A stretch of DNA of 64,000 nucleotides, taken from Podarcis pityusensis (taxonomy: Eukaryota). Positions 1 to 13,585 of the stretch are shown piece after piece. The position numbers were made by a program, and so were the translations under genes. The notes under the pieces are model-generated. The model had not been told where the DNA came from, searched no databases, and saw only the letters and a list, made by a program, of their open reading frames with translations. The DNA lies in the NCBI GenBank assembly GCA_964106645.2, contig OZ067038.1, one strand, 5' to 3'. The stretch's first letter is position 1. Every line of letters starts with the position of its first letter.

Positions 1-640
1 CACGCCTAGAACTCAGCTCTACACAGCAGCATGGTACCACTTCTATCTTTCTCCAACTCCCTCCTCAGAAACGATCTCTGAAGCATCTGACTTAACCTCC
101 TGCTGTAGAACTGTGGCCTAAACATTTTCTCTGGGGTAAGTTCACTACTAAATATGAAAGACCACGTAAGATTGCTGATTGGGTGCCTGTAACTAGGGTT
201 GGGAAAGCACCGAAGTGCTTGCCCTGAAAAACAATCGAGCCCTTTCAGTAAAAACAATTCAATTGGTTTTGCAAGCGTTTGACAAGAATAGTTGCTTGGC
301 TACAAGCATCAACAATCCCCAGTAAAAAAAAGATGCAATGAGATCATCATCTGCCACCAGCAAAGAAGCCTGCCAGGTCTTTCCTGGGTTCACTGCTACC
401 CTCTATCAGCTGCTACCCTCTCCCCCTTCCTCAAGGCAAGGATTTCCCTCCTCCCTGAAGATGGAGGGAAGACTAGCAAGGGTGGCAGGAGTGGGTGCCA
501 GCTTGTTTGCGAAGGGCTATGCACGCTGCAAAATGCTGCTGCTCATTCACGCTCCCCCACCGCACTGCATTCTTCTGTGTTTATGTTCACTGCTGGTTAT
601 CCTTGCCCTTCCCATTCCTTCCCCACCCCCTTATTTCTCA

Positions 641-984
641 CTAGGAATGGACAAATCCGTCAGTTTTTGTTTCTCTCTGTTTCTGCTTTTTTCCAGTTCA
701 GATCTCCACATTTGCAATTTTTTCAAAAAGTCCTCATGAAAATTCATCAGCATTTATTGCACATTTCTCCTAATGTACTCCATTTTTCTATGCCATTTTG
801 CCCGACACAGACATTTTTGCAAGCAATCTCCCCTGATATAATGCACTTTATATGCTATTTCCCTAATATATGTATTATTATGCACACTTGTTCCTTAAAT
901 ACATTTCTTTTAAGCTGGAGAACTACATCACAAAAATCTGAGAAATGCAAATCCTAACCAAAGTAGATTTCTTCCCCATCCCTA
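641..984. mobile_element. Old hAT-like non-autonomous element
   Basis: TAGG(A/G)ATG...CATCCCTA ends; related copy at about 37464-38020. Confidence 0.5.
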
Positions 985-1201
985 TTTGTCCCTACTTATT
1001 CCATGCCACATTTTTGTCTCCTCCTACTTTCAACATGTTGTTTGCAACTTTCTTGTGACAAGGGATCAGTCTTTTTGCTTTTGCCAAGTCTGTATAGTGC
1101 CATGCACATGGGATTTAATAGTATTTTAATAACCGCAGCACCACCAAACATTGTGACTAGCCTTAAGAGCCAAGTGGATAGAGCAAGAGCTCCTTCCCTA
1201 C

Positions 1202-1336
1202 CTTTCACTGTTCTTTTTACCACTAGATGAACTGCTTGTGGATCCAGCTCGATTGCGGCTGATTTTGGAATCTCCATAGCTTTCCCTTCGGCCTCCAGGA
1301 GACACACGCTCAGCTGAGTTGGTTCTTTTGACAGTG
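1202..1336 (-). CDS. EML1: EML1 coding exon 4 (135 nt, phase 2-2): (S)TVKRTNSAERVSPGGRRESYGDSKISRNRAGSTSSSSSGKKNSE(S); gene continues beyond the left edge
   Basis: Peptide matches the recalled EML1 segment after the coiled coil. Acceptor ttctgttag, donor AG/gtaggg; phase is compatible with exon 3. Confidence 0.93.
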
Positions 1337-3323
1337 CTAACAGAAAAGGAAGCATACCCGATTATAAAAAAATAATACATTAGTCTGAGTCTACACGTCA
1401 AGCTCTTCAGAAGTACAATCCCCAAACAGTAATCTATGGTGAGCTGAAATTATTAATCCTTTTGAAAAGAAAGAAACATGGGCAAACATGCAGAGGTTTA
1501 TATTTCACTGTTTCAGGATGCATAACTTTTAACAAGAGTAAAAATAATTTATAAACATAAATGCAAATATAGGACCACATCCTGGTCTCAGTCCTTCTCA
1601 GGGATGCACAAGCATCCCAAGATTCCGTGGGGAAAATGTAGAATCTGTGTGGGTGTGTAGAGGGTCTTCTGCCCAGCAGAAACTGATACACATGGCATCA
1701 TTTTCCCACTGGGGGTGCTGGGATCTGTTATCACAGTTCCAGACCTTCAGAAAGTATGCTTCACAAGCGATCTGGAGGACTGATCATCACCTTTCCCATC
1801 ACCAGAGACATGTTGCTTGGCTCTTTGGGGAAAGGAAGTTATAGAGGTGGGGGAAGTGGTTTCCTTCATACTTTGTTTCATGTCTTAACAGGTCATTTGC
1901 CTTTTTCATTAAGAGATAGTCTGTAACAATAACAGAACTGACTTGACTCTTTTGGAACGTTTTGTACTTTCAGTCTTGTTGTTTATTATTAATATGTTTA
2001 TAACTAAAAGGAAGACTGAATCAAGCTCACCTGGAACCTACTTGCAAGCAATGGAACAGGGGCACTCACTTCTGCCATTTTTGGTGACGTCCCTAGTCAT
2101 GCTGATACAACGTCAACAGGCATGTTACGTAAGAATATATAACATATGGATCCATGCTTCTAAGTATTTTTACCTGAAACTAAACTCAAGTTAAATGTTT
2201 TGTGCCGTAAGTCATTTAACTGGGTTTAGTTCAAGGTCATAAATATTTCAGTCGTGGTTCAATATCTTTCACTGAAACATAGTCATATTGTTAATTGGCT
2301 GAAATATATCAACACTTTAGATTGCTCTCATTAGGGCAATTGAGGCAGTGACCCACGCAACAAACTTTTCAAGCTCAGTAGGACTTTGGATTTCTGTTTT
2401 GAGAACAGCGGTTATCTCCTTTAGCAAACTGGTTTGGAAAATGGGGAAAAGTTCCAAAAGCAATTCACAATACTGATTGGTAGTAGTCAAATTCCTCTTC
2501 GGGTACCCAAAAGTTCCCAGACAAATGAACTGAGAAAGCCTTACATATGGTATAAATAAAGATTATATAAACTAGATAAACCTTTACAGAATTGGTCAGA
2601 GAGCTTCCCTGGGTTTTGCCCTTGTGGGATAGCTCAGCAATGGCACCTTTGGGTGTTCCGATTAGGCCGCACACCTCCCATACATTTGCATCTAGGACTT
2701 GGATAAAAAACCGCAAGCAGATTCAAAGCGGCTTCAAAGCCAACAGCAGCACAAATTCCTGTAGGAGAGGGCTATCAATGGCTACCAGCCATGATGGCTG
2801 CTGTTCTACCTCCACAAATGGAGGCAGAAATTCTTCTAAATAGCAGCTGCTGGAAACCACAGGAAGGAAGAGTGCTCTTGGGATCATGTTCTGCTCACTG
2901 ATTTCCCACCAAGCATCGAGTTGGCCATTGTGAGAACAGGATGGTGGATTAGATGGGCCATTGGCCCAATCCAGCAGGTTATTCTTATATTCTTATGTTA
3001 ACAAGCACAGTTTCATTGCACATAAAATGTTTGCATGTAAAGGCATTCGGATCAGAAAGAAATCCTCACCAAGAAGCAAGAAACGTTAGTATAGAAATGT
3101 TAGTACAGAAACAGAGGAAACAAAGTTAATACTCCTTAAAATGTAATATGAAAAGTGCTGGTTATGGGAACTTCCTTTTTCTTTCTTTCAACTACTCAAG
3201 CTTTTACTTATTACTACAAATACATACTACTGGTGATGCAAACTGCTAATTTCATTATGAATGATGGGAGACAGATGGACGAACGAAAATGACATATTAC
3301 AATACTAGTAAGAATTCCCTCAC

Positions 3324-3374
3324 CTTAGAGCAGTTTTTTTCAGTTTGCATGCATTGAGAAGACTCACAGACCTG
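3324..3374 (-). CDS. EML1: EML1 alternative cassette exon between exons 3 and 4 (SRSVSLLNACKLKKTAL); 51 or 48 nt depending on which tandem acceptor (AAG/CAG) is used
   Basis: Phase-2 translation resembles the recalled human long-isoform insert RLNRSVSLLNACKLNRSTP. Donor AG/gtgagg, polypyrimidine tract upstream, frame preserved. Confidence 0.7.
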
Positions 3375-4826
3375 CTTAATCCATGAATGAGAAGTGCATA
3401 AACAAAGCAGAATAAAAGTGAATGCAGTAAAAATAAGAATGCACAGACAGAGAACATTCATATAAAAAAAAGTTAAAATACAAGACGTATACATTTTTCA
3501 TGCAATCAATATACAATCCTGCATATTATGTGAAGCAGAATTAAGGAACTAAATCATTTAACAAGTTCCTTGTTCAGCTACCTTGATTGTTCAAGCTAAC
3601 CGATAAACATAGCACCTTGAGCAAAAGATTCTGAGAGCCCCACAAAGAGTCTGCAAAGCACTTTAATACATTAAGCAATGCTTTCTGTATGTAGACATCT
3701 CAGGATCTTTTGGTTTTAAAAGTTAAAAAAACAAAACAACAAAACTGGTGAATACAGCCAGCAGTATTCAATGGAGGACAGACAGGAAACTCAATACTAG
3801 AGCAGTAAAGGGGTGGGGGAGAGACAAGGAGGACAGTATAAGGTATACACACAGACAGACGTAGAAATAATGAATGGTGGTGTATAATTATTTGAAATGC
3901 CAGACATTCAAAATATCTTCACAGTACGTCAGGCAAGAAAGGAAGCAAATACTCTCCAATCATTCCAGCTAAAGATAGAATTCAGGTCACTGGGGGGGAA
4001 ATGAGATGAAAAGGGGGACAACAATACACAGGAGTTAAGTTTTTAAAGAATCAACAGCACACAGTGACATGTTTTTTTTTTTATAAAAAAAGAGGAACAT
4101 TTCGTAACCAAAAGAAAATCTGCCCTACCTTGAGTAAATTTCTGTATGATCAGTATAGTTCATATCAAGGGACAGTTGACAGTGCTGTTTTCTAGGAACA
4201 TAAACCACCATCTCTTCTCGAATTTAGCATTATTCAAGTAAGAGGGAGGCAAATGCTGTATTTGTATGACTTTGGGGATTTTATGTTTGACCCTCTGTGG
4301 ACCAACACATTTTTTTCCTCGTATAAATACATAAGAAATTATTTACATTTTGGGGTTCCTTTGAAGACAATAATTTCTTTCATATTTATGTTGAATACTT
4401 TAGTTATATTATTTCCTTAAGATCACTCTAGTTATCAGTGCTGTCCCTTTTTCTTTTCTGGCCCAGTTTAGGCAATACTCCTGTTAGTTTCCCCTAAGAA
4501 CCACATGCCACACTCTTGAGGGTATTGACGGGGGCAGATTTGACCCACCCAGTGATTTCTTGAGGTGCTGAAGGCTCAAACTACATATCCTACCTGCTGG
4601 ACCTGTAAAAGTTGGCATACATGATGTTCCATCTCCCACCCTCTCATTTTGCACACTAAATAAGTGAAGAGGGGTATAATCAAGTTCCTCCCCCTCCGTC
4701 ACAGCAGCTGGCAGATGCTTCCCCATAGTTTGATCCCAAGCCATGGAAGAGTGTGCATGCATGTGTGCGTGAATGTGGAGGGTACGTTTGGGACTGCACC
4801 ATGTGGAAGTGGCTGCTATACTAGTC

Positions 4827-4828
<2 letters not shown>

Positions 4829-4864
<36 letters not shown>
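4829..4864. repeat. (GT)n microsatellite
   Basis: Direct reading. Confidence 0.95.
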
Positions 4865-4866
<2 letters not shown>

Positions 4867-6628
4867 GTGTGTGAGAGCATGCATATGCTTCAGGAAACCT
4901 GAACTACGTGCAATCAAAGTAGCAGGCATCCCAAGACTGCACAACCTGACTACCCCATGCAATCGCGTACTCCTGATACAGAGCACAAAACTCATAATTT
5001 TGAATACTGTAAAGACACCAGGTTGGAGCCTCAATTTTCTTTCTCACACTTGGGCAACCAGAATAAGATCAGTCTTATGTTTTGCTGCAACTGGGTTAAC
5101 AAACTCATGGGGTGTGTAGGGTGCTGGCAAAGAAAGTTTAGTAGAGACATGCATCACAGAGGGGGCTGCATGTACTTTATGTTACCTGCCCTGCAACCCC
5201 AACTTCCACACTAAAGCTGGATTGTGTGACATGCATAAATTCTGCTTTTTCTACTTCTACTAATCTATGTCCTGTGCGCAAGCCCAAAACATGCAAACCA
5301 AACGCAGCAAACAAAGCTCACCCTAATCAGCTCCCTATCTCTTAGGTTAACTTATCCCACAAGATTGCTAAGAGACTAAAATGCCACTCTGAGTAACCTG
5401 AAAGGAGGCTGAAATACAAAATGAAGGCTAAAGTATTAAATAGAGACATCTTGGTCTTCCCGCCCCTCCTAATCCCCCCCCGCCCCGCTTTATTTGTCTT
5501 GGGGTGGGTGCGGGGTTTTTTTCCTTGTCTGTTTTGGGGTGGTGGTGCTAGTGGTTCTGAGCATCCCCACTTTTTCTTCTGTGAAATGGTACCCACAGCT
5601 GTTTTTCAGATTTCCAACGTGCCCGCAGATGTAATCTCTTTGCAATTAACTCTGCAGTTTAGCATCATTTCATTTCCCGTTATAGACCACAGGTGGGTCA
5701 GCCAAGTGACCTCCAGCTGTCGTTGGCTACAATTTCCATCAACCCTGAATACTGGCCATGTTGGCTGGGGAAGGTGGGAGTTGTAGTCCAAGGCTGTCCG
5801 GGAAGCACCATGTTGGCTATCCCTGCAATAGACTATGGAACAAGGGAAGGGACGCCCAAGTGCTTAAGAGCACAGAATAAACATTTCCTGCAAACAGCAC
5901 ACAAAAGAGAGAGAAGGAAACAGGCTTAGCATTGTCTCATTACATACTTGCTCCCAGAGTAATTAAGCACGGTTGTGATTGCAAACATTTATAACCTTTA
6001 AGGATAGCTTTGAATAAGAACTCAATACTTAAAAACTGTCGTGCACATAGAATGCATGAGCATGCCAAATATTGTAGGGTTCCCCCCACCCCCTGATGAT
6101 TTAATGATGTTTTCTAGCCAAGTTACCTTTGCGCTGCATAAGGTGACTAAATGAAAGCACCGCACCGATTCAAGCCGAGGTTATTAACACTTGCCTAGAG
6201 CCAACGATTTAAGAACGACAGGAAGTTTCATTATTACCCATGGGGCACTTCTCAACTCCCCATTCCTCTATTCAGATAAATTATTCAGAAGTGAAAACAC
6301 AGTATATGATATCAGCTGTGATAAGAAGCGGCCTTGTACTCAGTCAGACCATTGATCCGTTTACCTCACTATTATTTACTACTATATCAGCAGCAGTATA
6401 CACAAGTACTATCAGCCACACTCCAGGGTTTTGGAACATTAACACTCCCAGACTGTTAGCGCACATTTGGGTTGAACATATCTGATTTTTCTGTGTGCTC
6501 TTTTGTGCGTGCCTGACCACACAAGTGCTTTCAGTTGAACTCTGCCTTAATGTTTCCCATCCACACAGGTAAGCTGCGCTTGATGGGATACATTTGCACT
6601 GTGTGCTGTTGTCCTTGCTTCTCAATTA

Positions 6629-6877
6629 CAGTCATACCTTGTTACATTTGTTTCAGGTTAAATCTTTTCAGGTTGCGTCCCGCGGTGACCTGGAAGTACT
6701 GGAAGGGTTACTTCCAGGTTTCGCCGCTCGCGCATGCGCAGATGTGCAAAATGACGTCACGTGCATGTGCAGAAGCGATAAATCGTGGCCCATGCACGCG
6801 CAGACGGGGGTTGCGTTCTGCTCATGTTGTGAACAGGGCTCCGGAACGGATCCCGTTCGCAACCAGAGGTACCAGTG
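6629..6877. mobile_element. pogo/Tigger-like MITE
   Basis: CAGT...(C/G)TG ends, TA TSD; related copy at 20479-20731. Confidence 0.75.
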
Positions 6878-8099
6878 TATTGCTCTTCTGCCCTCCCTGA
6901 ATTCCAGAAACCTGAGGTCCATTGTAGGCAAGCACACGGACCTGTGTACATATGCTGTTTTTAATACAAGTTTTATATATATATATATATATATATTTTA
7001 CACACACACACACACACACATATGTGCCAGACTTGTACAAAACAGCTGATTTAAAAGCATAAGTAGTGTGTGCCAGGGCCAACACTAGCCAACCAAGGAG
7101 CACCTTGCCAGCAGAAGGAGGGGGTGCGGTGACAGATGGCACTCAGCAAAATGTCACCACATATGGGGGAAAAAAAAAAAGCATGCCACACAATGTGCTT
7201 CGATTGAGTAGCATGCAAGTTTATGATGTACTCCCCCCCCCTTTACCACATTAAATTGGGGGGGGGGGAGAGAGAGAAGAGCAGGATGAGGACAACATTG
7301 TGTGGCCAATGCAAAAAAAAAAAAAAAGCACATATGCACAAATACGCTTTAAACTGCTGTGTGAACATCACCTTAGCCAGAAATATTTCCCAGGGAAAAA
7401 GTGAACCTGGAACCTTTTGTATTTAAAGCAAGGTACTCTACCACTGAGCTCATCTCCGAATCTTGTGATAGACAAGATTGAAAACATGGAAGTATTCTCA
7501 ATGTTACAATCTATAGCAAAGCTTCAACTGTGGAGGACTTTGCACAAGGAGTTTGGCTGTCTTAATTCTGGAGGACCATGTAATATATTACAAATTAACA
7601 GGCACAGAGCATTTACCCTTGGTGTGCCCTATAAATGTGCAAAGTGGATGCATTTGTTTATTTCACCATCTGTACAAGCTGCAGGGAGTTGCTGTTAGCT
7701 TTGGCTCTGCACCCCATGGCTGAATCTGCAGTCTTTGAAGCTTCCCTGACTCTTAAAGAGGTTTTAGGGGGAAACGACATTTGCTGTTGCTCAGAGGGTT
7801 AGACTAGAGCAAGGTGAACATACTCTTCCTTCCAATCTTTGTTTTTAAGATATAAAAAGGCTATTTATGGATTTAGATATTTATAGGAATTTGTCCAGGT
7901 TAGTGTCAATAATTCTGTTTTACTATTACCATTTGAAGCTATTTCCTATCCCACTGTGCACACACAAAATATTATGAATAGTGTATTGGCTAACACACAA
8001 CTTCATACATAAAACTGAAGTTAAAAATAGGTTGTTGTTTTCTGAAATGCATGTTTTGCTGCATCTGTCTTTGTATATTCTACTATCATTCCTCTAAAC

Positions 8100-8349
8100 C
8101 ATGGGTAGGCAAACTAAGGCCCGGGGGCAGGATCCAGCCCAATTGCTTTCTAAATCCAGCCCGCGGACGGTCCAGGAATCAGCGTGTTTTTACATGAGTA
8201 GAATGTGCCCTTTTATTTAAAATGCATCTCTGGGTTATTTGTGGGGCATAGGAATTCATTCATTCCCCCCAAAAAAATATAGTCCGGCCCCCCACAAGGT
8301 CTGAGGGACAGTGGACTGGCCCCCTGCTGAAAAAGTTTGCTGACCCCTG
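8100..8349. mobile_element. hAT-type MITE
   Basis: CA...TG TIRs; 8-bp TSD CTCTAAAC. Confidence 0.85.
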
Positions 8350-9146
8350 CTCTAAACCAACCTTTCTTAACTGGTGCTGTCCTTCCTGGCTGGGGCTGAT
8401 GAGAAGGCACCATTTTACAGCCTACTGTGAACAAAAGTTCTTAGCATACACGTATATCTGCCTCTTTGACAAAGTGTTCTGAGCCTCAGGAAAAAAATAT
8501 GTACCAGACAAGTGATGATGACAAGGTTACAGAGAGACTCACTCCTAATGGATTCAGGTGGATTTGAAAGTATAAGCATTGCCTGCGCCTGCATTAGTTA
8601 CCAAAATTATTTCATCATTTGTGGAGTATCAATGCTCACGTGGACTTTGCAACATGCTCTATCATAGTATGGCAGGTGCACGATGACTACGCTGATGAGT
8701 TCTCGATCTGACTTCGTTGCCCATGGTAAGTTAGACTGGATGGGAGGGTCCAGTGTGTTAACACTTCTTCTGCTTTTACAGACACAACATGCCTCGTGAA
8801 TCTGCCTCCCATTTCCTGCCATATTAGAGAAGGAAGCACCAACATGCATATGCATGTTCCTTTGTGCTGGCAAGAAACTTGAATCCTGTGGGGAATCACA
8901 CACACCCGTTTTACACCAGGGCAATTGTTACAGCACGCTGCAGGCTCACTTTCTGGTCAGTATACCATCTCTGTGCTGTACAGACCCTAAACTCTCCCCC
9001 CACCACAGAGAATCCTTCATCTATGAATATCTTACTGTCATCCCAAAAGAAGCCCTGCTCAAAACACGACCACATTGCCAAGTGGCTTGGCACAAGAACC
9101 AAAGAACATTACACTCACTTGCCACTCAAAGAAATCATTCGTTATT

Positions 9147-9149
<3 letters not shown>

Positions 9150-9185
<36 letters not shown>
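9150..9185. repeat. (TA)n microsatellite
   Basis: Direct reading. Confidence 0.95.
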
Positions 9186-9187
<2 letters not shown>

Positions 9188-9847
9188 CCAGATTAAAATA
9201 TTGGGCAGAGGCTAGTCAAGCAACGTGGCAATTTAGCATAAGTGCTTTTAGAAGATATGACTGGAAATTGTAAAAGCATCTTTAAAAAGTACCCTTACAC
9301 ATGTGAACAGTGGGAAGAAAGGGTTGGGATTTTGATCTCACTATGCTTTCGAGGGATTTCGCTGACTGCCTGTCATGGATGAAAGTAAGCAAACTTCAGA
9401 AAATGAAAGTAATGGAAGAACAGGAACCGTAATTTTATACAATTTGGCAATAGAAAGAAAACTACTGGAGGAGCTACCTATCAAGCGTATTTGCTACTCT
9501 TGTTGGTTCGGTAAAGAAACAAAGGCACTCATTTTCAGAATAGATTACAAAATCCCTAAGCAGACATTTCCTGCTCTTAACCTCAAATTACAGAGGAAAG
9601 AAAATAACAGCCTAATTATGCACTCCTTTAGAATTCTTGCAACAACATTAATCCTGATTAATTAATCTAGCATGAATAAAGTTGAAGATATTTCTACAAG
9701 GTTTCCAATTGTAATTTGGCTTAATTATCTAGAAATTTATCTCGAAAGTTTCACCCAGAGAGCAAAAAATACTCAGAGGAGCAGTTTTAGATGCTGAAGG
9801 CAGGCAGGCAGTAATATATATACACCAGATAGATAGATACCGAATAC

Positions 9848-9980
9848 CTTTTTGCTGCTGGTGACACAATTTCTTTTCTGGTTCCTGATGGAGAAGGTAG
9901 AGAGCCACTGGGTTTCTTTGGTAGAACAGTTCCATTATTAACAGTAGTCTTTAAAGGCAGTGTTTGTACAAGGGGTCTTG
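9848..9980 (-). CDS. EML1: EML1 coding exon 3 (133 nt, phase 1-2): ARPLVQTLPLKTTVNNGTVLPKKPSGSLPSPSGTRKEIVSPAAK
   Basis: Manual translation (frame absent from the ORF track) matches recalled EML1. Acceptor tttttaacag, donor AG/gtattc. Confidence 0.93.
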
Positions 9981-11480
9981 CTGTTAAAAAAAGAAAAAGA
10001 GATGATCAAATAGAGGATTACAAGTATACAGTCTGTCTGATGAAAAAAATAAAGGGTTTGCAAATGTTTCTGTGTGTCTTCATAGCTGAAGCTGCTCACA
10101 CTGAGTCAGACCACTGGTTTATCGAGCCCAGTACTGTCTACAGAGACTGACAGCAGCTCTCAAGGGTTTCAGCCAAGAAGTTTCTCCCAGCCCTACCTGT
10201 TGACTGAACCTTGGATCTTATGCATGCAAAGCAGAACATTTACCATTGGGCTATGACACTTCCCCCACATTATGAGAAATAAGGATTATTTCAGTCTACA
10301 ATCAGGGTGCAAGTCAGCAGCCTTAGAAATTGCTTCCTAAACTTTAAACTGCAATCCTACACGCTCTGTGCACAGAAAACAGGAAGTGGAGTGGGTCTTC
10401 ACTGGGGACTGCACAGGAGACCTCAGCTCTAGATGGCGGCATAGCATGGTTTGCCAGATTCCGGGGCAGGCAGGTGCACATGTGCGCCAGGGCAGGTGGG
10501 GAGCAGAGGGTGACAAAGCTCGCCACACCAGCCCAACCCTCACTGCTGCCAGAGCACCACCCTGATTGGAACCAAGTGGGGCTGTACTGTGCCATCTGTC
10601 TGCCCTAGCAGGGTGAAGCCCGGCTTGTCAATGCGGTCCTTGGATCATCCCAGCTTCATAAAGTGGTTCAGGGCTGACAGGATGGCATGAGAAGGACGCA
10701 GCAGCCATGCCCCCTTCAGTCCCAGCCTCATCAATGAGATCAGCTCATTTATCAAGCAACTGCCCAACTTTTCCTACTGAAAATCTCTGGGGCACTAGCC
10801 TGGGCAGTATGTATGGAGACAACAAGACACCCCTTTCAGCCTCGCTGATGTGGTCCAAAGGAAAGCAGAGCAATACATCTGCTTAGCGGCAAAAGTTGCC
10901 AGAAGGAGGTGTACAAGATTTGTGTAAGGTTTACTCCTTAGTTGTTTCTTCTCCCAAAGATGTCCCTCAGAAAGTAATAATGAAAAGAGTTTACCTAATA
11001 AAATGTTAAATGAACTGTCATTCATAGATCTGATTCATCCAAAAAATGATTCATTTTTCAAAGCATGTACCAGGATATATACTAGATTATCAGTATTTCA
11101 TGCCTCACCTTCTGAGACATCAGAAAAGAAGAAAAATGATGTGGTCAACCTTCAAGAGTGTTGCAGCCACAAATACATAGGTCTTTCCATATATGGAATG
11201 CTGAACAAGCTTTCTTCATATACTATGCAGGACACTATCGGGTACCTTGGGAAAAGGAACACTTTCCTAGCCAGAGCATGCTTCAGATAGACTAAACACT
11301 TCAAAATCAAACTGCAAGTTTGATCAACTGTATACCATGAAAAGAAGTTGAGACCACAAACTTCTGTCAGATAATTCCAAGGATTCAATATACTTGACTG
11401 GTCCGAAAAATATCAAAATTATTGCAACATTTGCTCAGGTCTAAGGAGTGAATTTGAGAGGGAATGTTTGAAATCGATAC

Positions 11481-11663
11481 CTTTGGTAGGTCCTTTCTTG
11501 TTCTGCATGGCCTGTTGCTCCTCAGTAATGTTCAAGCGCCTAACAACATCTGCCAGAGCAGACTTGAGCAGCTGGATGTCATCTTCCTGCATCTGAACAC
11601 GTTGCTCCAGCGAAGCAATGCGGTCTGTCACCTCCATGCTGCTAGCGGCAGAGGCACTGTCAT
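11481..11663 (-). CDS. EML1: EML1 coding exon 2 (183 nt, phase 1-1), trimerisation coiled coil: DDSASAASSMEVTDRIASLEQRVQMQEDDIQLLKSALADVVRRLNITEEQQAMQNKKGPTK
   Basis: ORF 11419..11637 is the EML-family N-terminal coiled coil. Acceptor tttttag, donor G/gtatcg. Confidence 0.96.
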
Positions 11664-13257
11664 CTAAAAAGAGTATTTTAGAAAGATGGGGTTTTATTTT
11701 GGAAATTTGTCATGAGGTATAAGGAAACATCGTCACCTGAGAACTTTTACTAACCATACAAACTATTTTCCCACTATTATCAATGTTAAGATTCAATTGC
11801 AGAAAGTTGTTAGAAGCCAAGCTAAATTTTAGATCTTAAAAACCTACAAAATCAACCTTCAGAGTTTTGTTCATTGTATCGTACTTTGCTATGCAGAACT
11901 TTTATTTTCAAAGGAGAACTAGATTGTAACAAAGAAGTCAATCCAGCATCACTTCTTTCTTTTAAGGTGTAAAAGCAGGAAATCTACGGCATGAAGTGAA
12001 ATGACAAAATGAAATGAAAGACTTTACAGCAAGGTATTTTTCACCTTGATCAAAAGTCAACACAGTACATGTTCAAGAGCCCAATACAAATGCAAACAAA
12101 ACATTAAAACATGGCTATTTTTATATAGGAACAGTTATAGTAAGATTATGGAGCAACCTTACTGACCACCAGTTAGTCCTTTGATACTAAAATAGGCCCC
12201 AATGATTGAAATGTGAAGCAAAAGAAAATTCCTCAGCCAAAGCTAATTGCATTTAGAAACCGCCATGGGGCTCAGCAGCAGATCATTTTGCAATATAGCT
12301 GTATGAGGTATTAATCCCAAAATTAAGATTTAACAGGCACTTTGGCATTCATATAAGATTCCACAGACATGAAGCATGCCTTGAAGAGACATAAGGCCTA
12401 CACTGCTCTAATATGCTTGTACTTTAACTCAGCTGGAAGTAACAAGAATTAGCATACTGGACAGACAACCCCATCGCAGACTGGATGTAAAACATCATAA
12501 AACAAGCTCAACTTAGCAAGCATCCTTCTAAATTCAATATGACTTTACATAGTTCCAGTCAATGAGTTTGACCGGAATTTGGTCCCGTCCCCCCACTTCA
12601 GCAATTCCATCAACAGTGGTCCTTGCTCATGTGCAACAGCTATGCGGCCAGAGATTCTAGCCCTCTGCACTTGACTCTTCCTAATGCATCTTTCACAGCC
12701 TTCTCCTTGTCCACAGCAAAAATACAGACACAAGCATGGGTTGGATTCAAAATTTACTTCGAAATGAAATACATCAGTATTGTCAATTTAGCCCCCTTCC
12801 CTAATTCCTTGATACCAACACCCTCTGCAAAAATGGCTGGGGTAAAAGACAACAAGGGAGGCGGACGGTACTTTGTGCTAGGTCAACCCTTTATACTAAA
12901 TATTTGGGTGGGCGTGAAGCTCACATACATCCAACATTTTTCATTCCCAGAACAGAAGTTGTGCCAGCGTGCAGTTAAGCTGTGGTGGTGGCTCAGCAGA
13001 CATATAACTTTTTTAAGGGCGGCACAGCGCAAATGCAGGTCTACAATGAGAAATAAATTTATTATAAGAACTGAAGCCAGACAGCAGCTACTGAAAACAA
13101 TGAGACAGCAATACAGGTTATGTCTGAGTCCTGTCCAATACATTTTAATGTTATCCCTTCTCCTCCCTTCTGTTCTTGTACTTATCTTCATAAGTTTCAC
13201 CTTTGTGCATCGTTCCTCCTAGATTTGCATGCATTAGGAATCCTCCCCCGAAGAACT

Positions 13258-13585
13258 GTACTTTGGGAGCGTCCACACCCCCATCGTTCAGCCCAGACAC
13301 TGAGGTCCAGCGCCGAGGGTCTTCTGGCAGTTCCCTCACTGCGAGAAGGGAAGTTACAGGGAACCATGCAGAGGGCTTTCTCGGTAGTGGCACCTGCCCC
13401 GTGGAACGCCCTCCAATCAGATGTCAAGGAAATAAACAACTATCTTACTTTTAAAAGACATCTGAAGGCAGATTTTTTTGAATGTTTAATGCTGTATTGT
13501 GTTTTTAATATTTGGTTGGAAGCTGTCCAGAGTTGCAGGGGAAACCCAGCCAGATGGGCAGGGTTTTATTTATTTATTTATTATT
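13258..13585 (+). mobile_element. L2-clade LINE 3' fragment
   Basis: Encodes RAFSVVAPAPWNAL...TFKRHLK; reverse-complement relative at 40905-41314. Confidence 0.75.

Noticed and set aside
5342-5410. Strong minus-strand acceptor (ttgtatttcag) in EML1 intron 3
   Set aside because: No matching donor; frame reaches a stop after about 22 codons.
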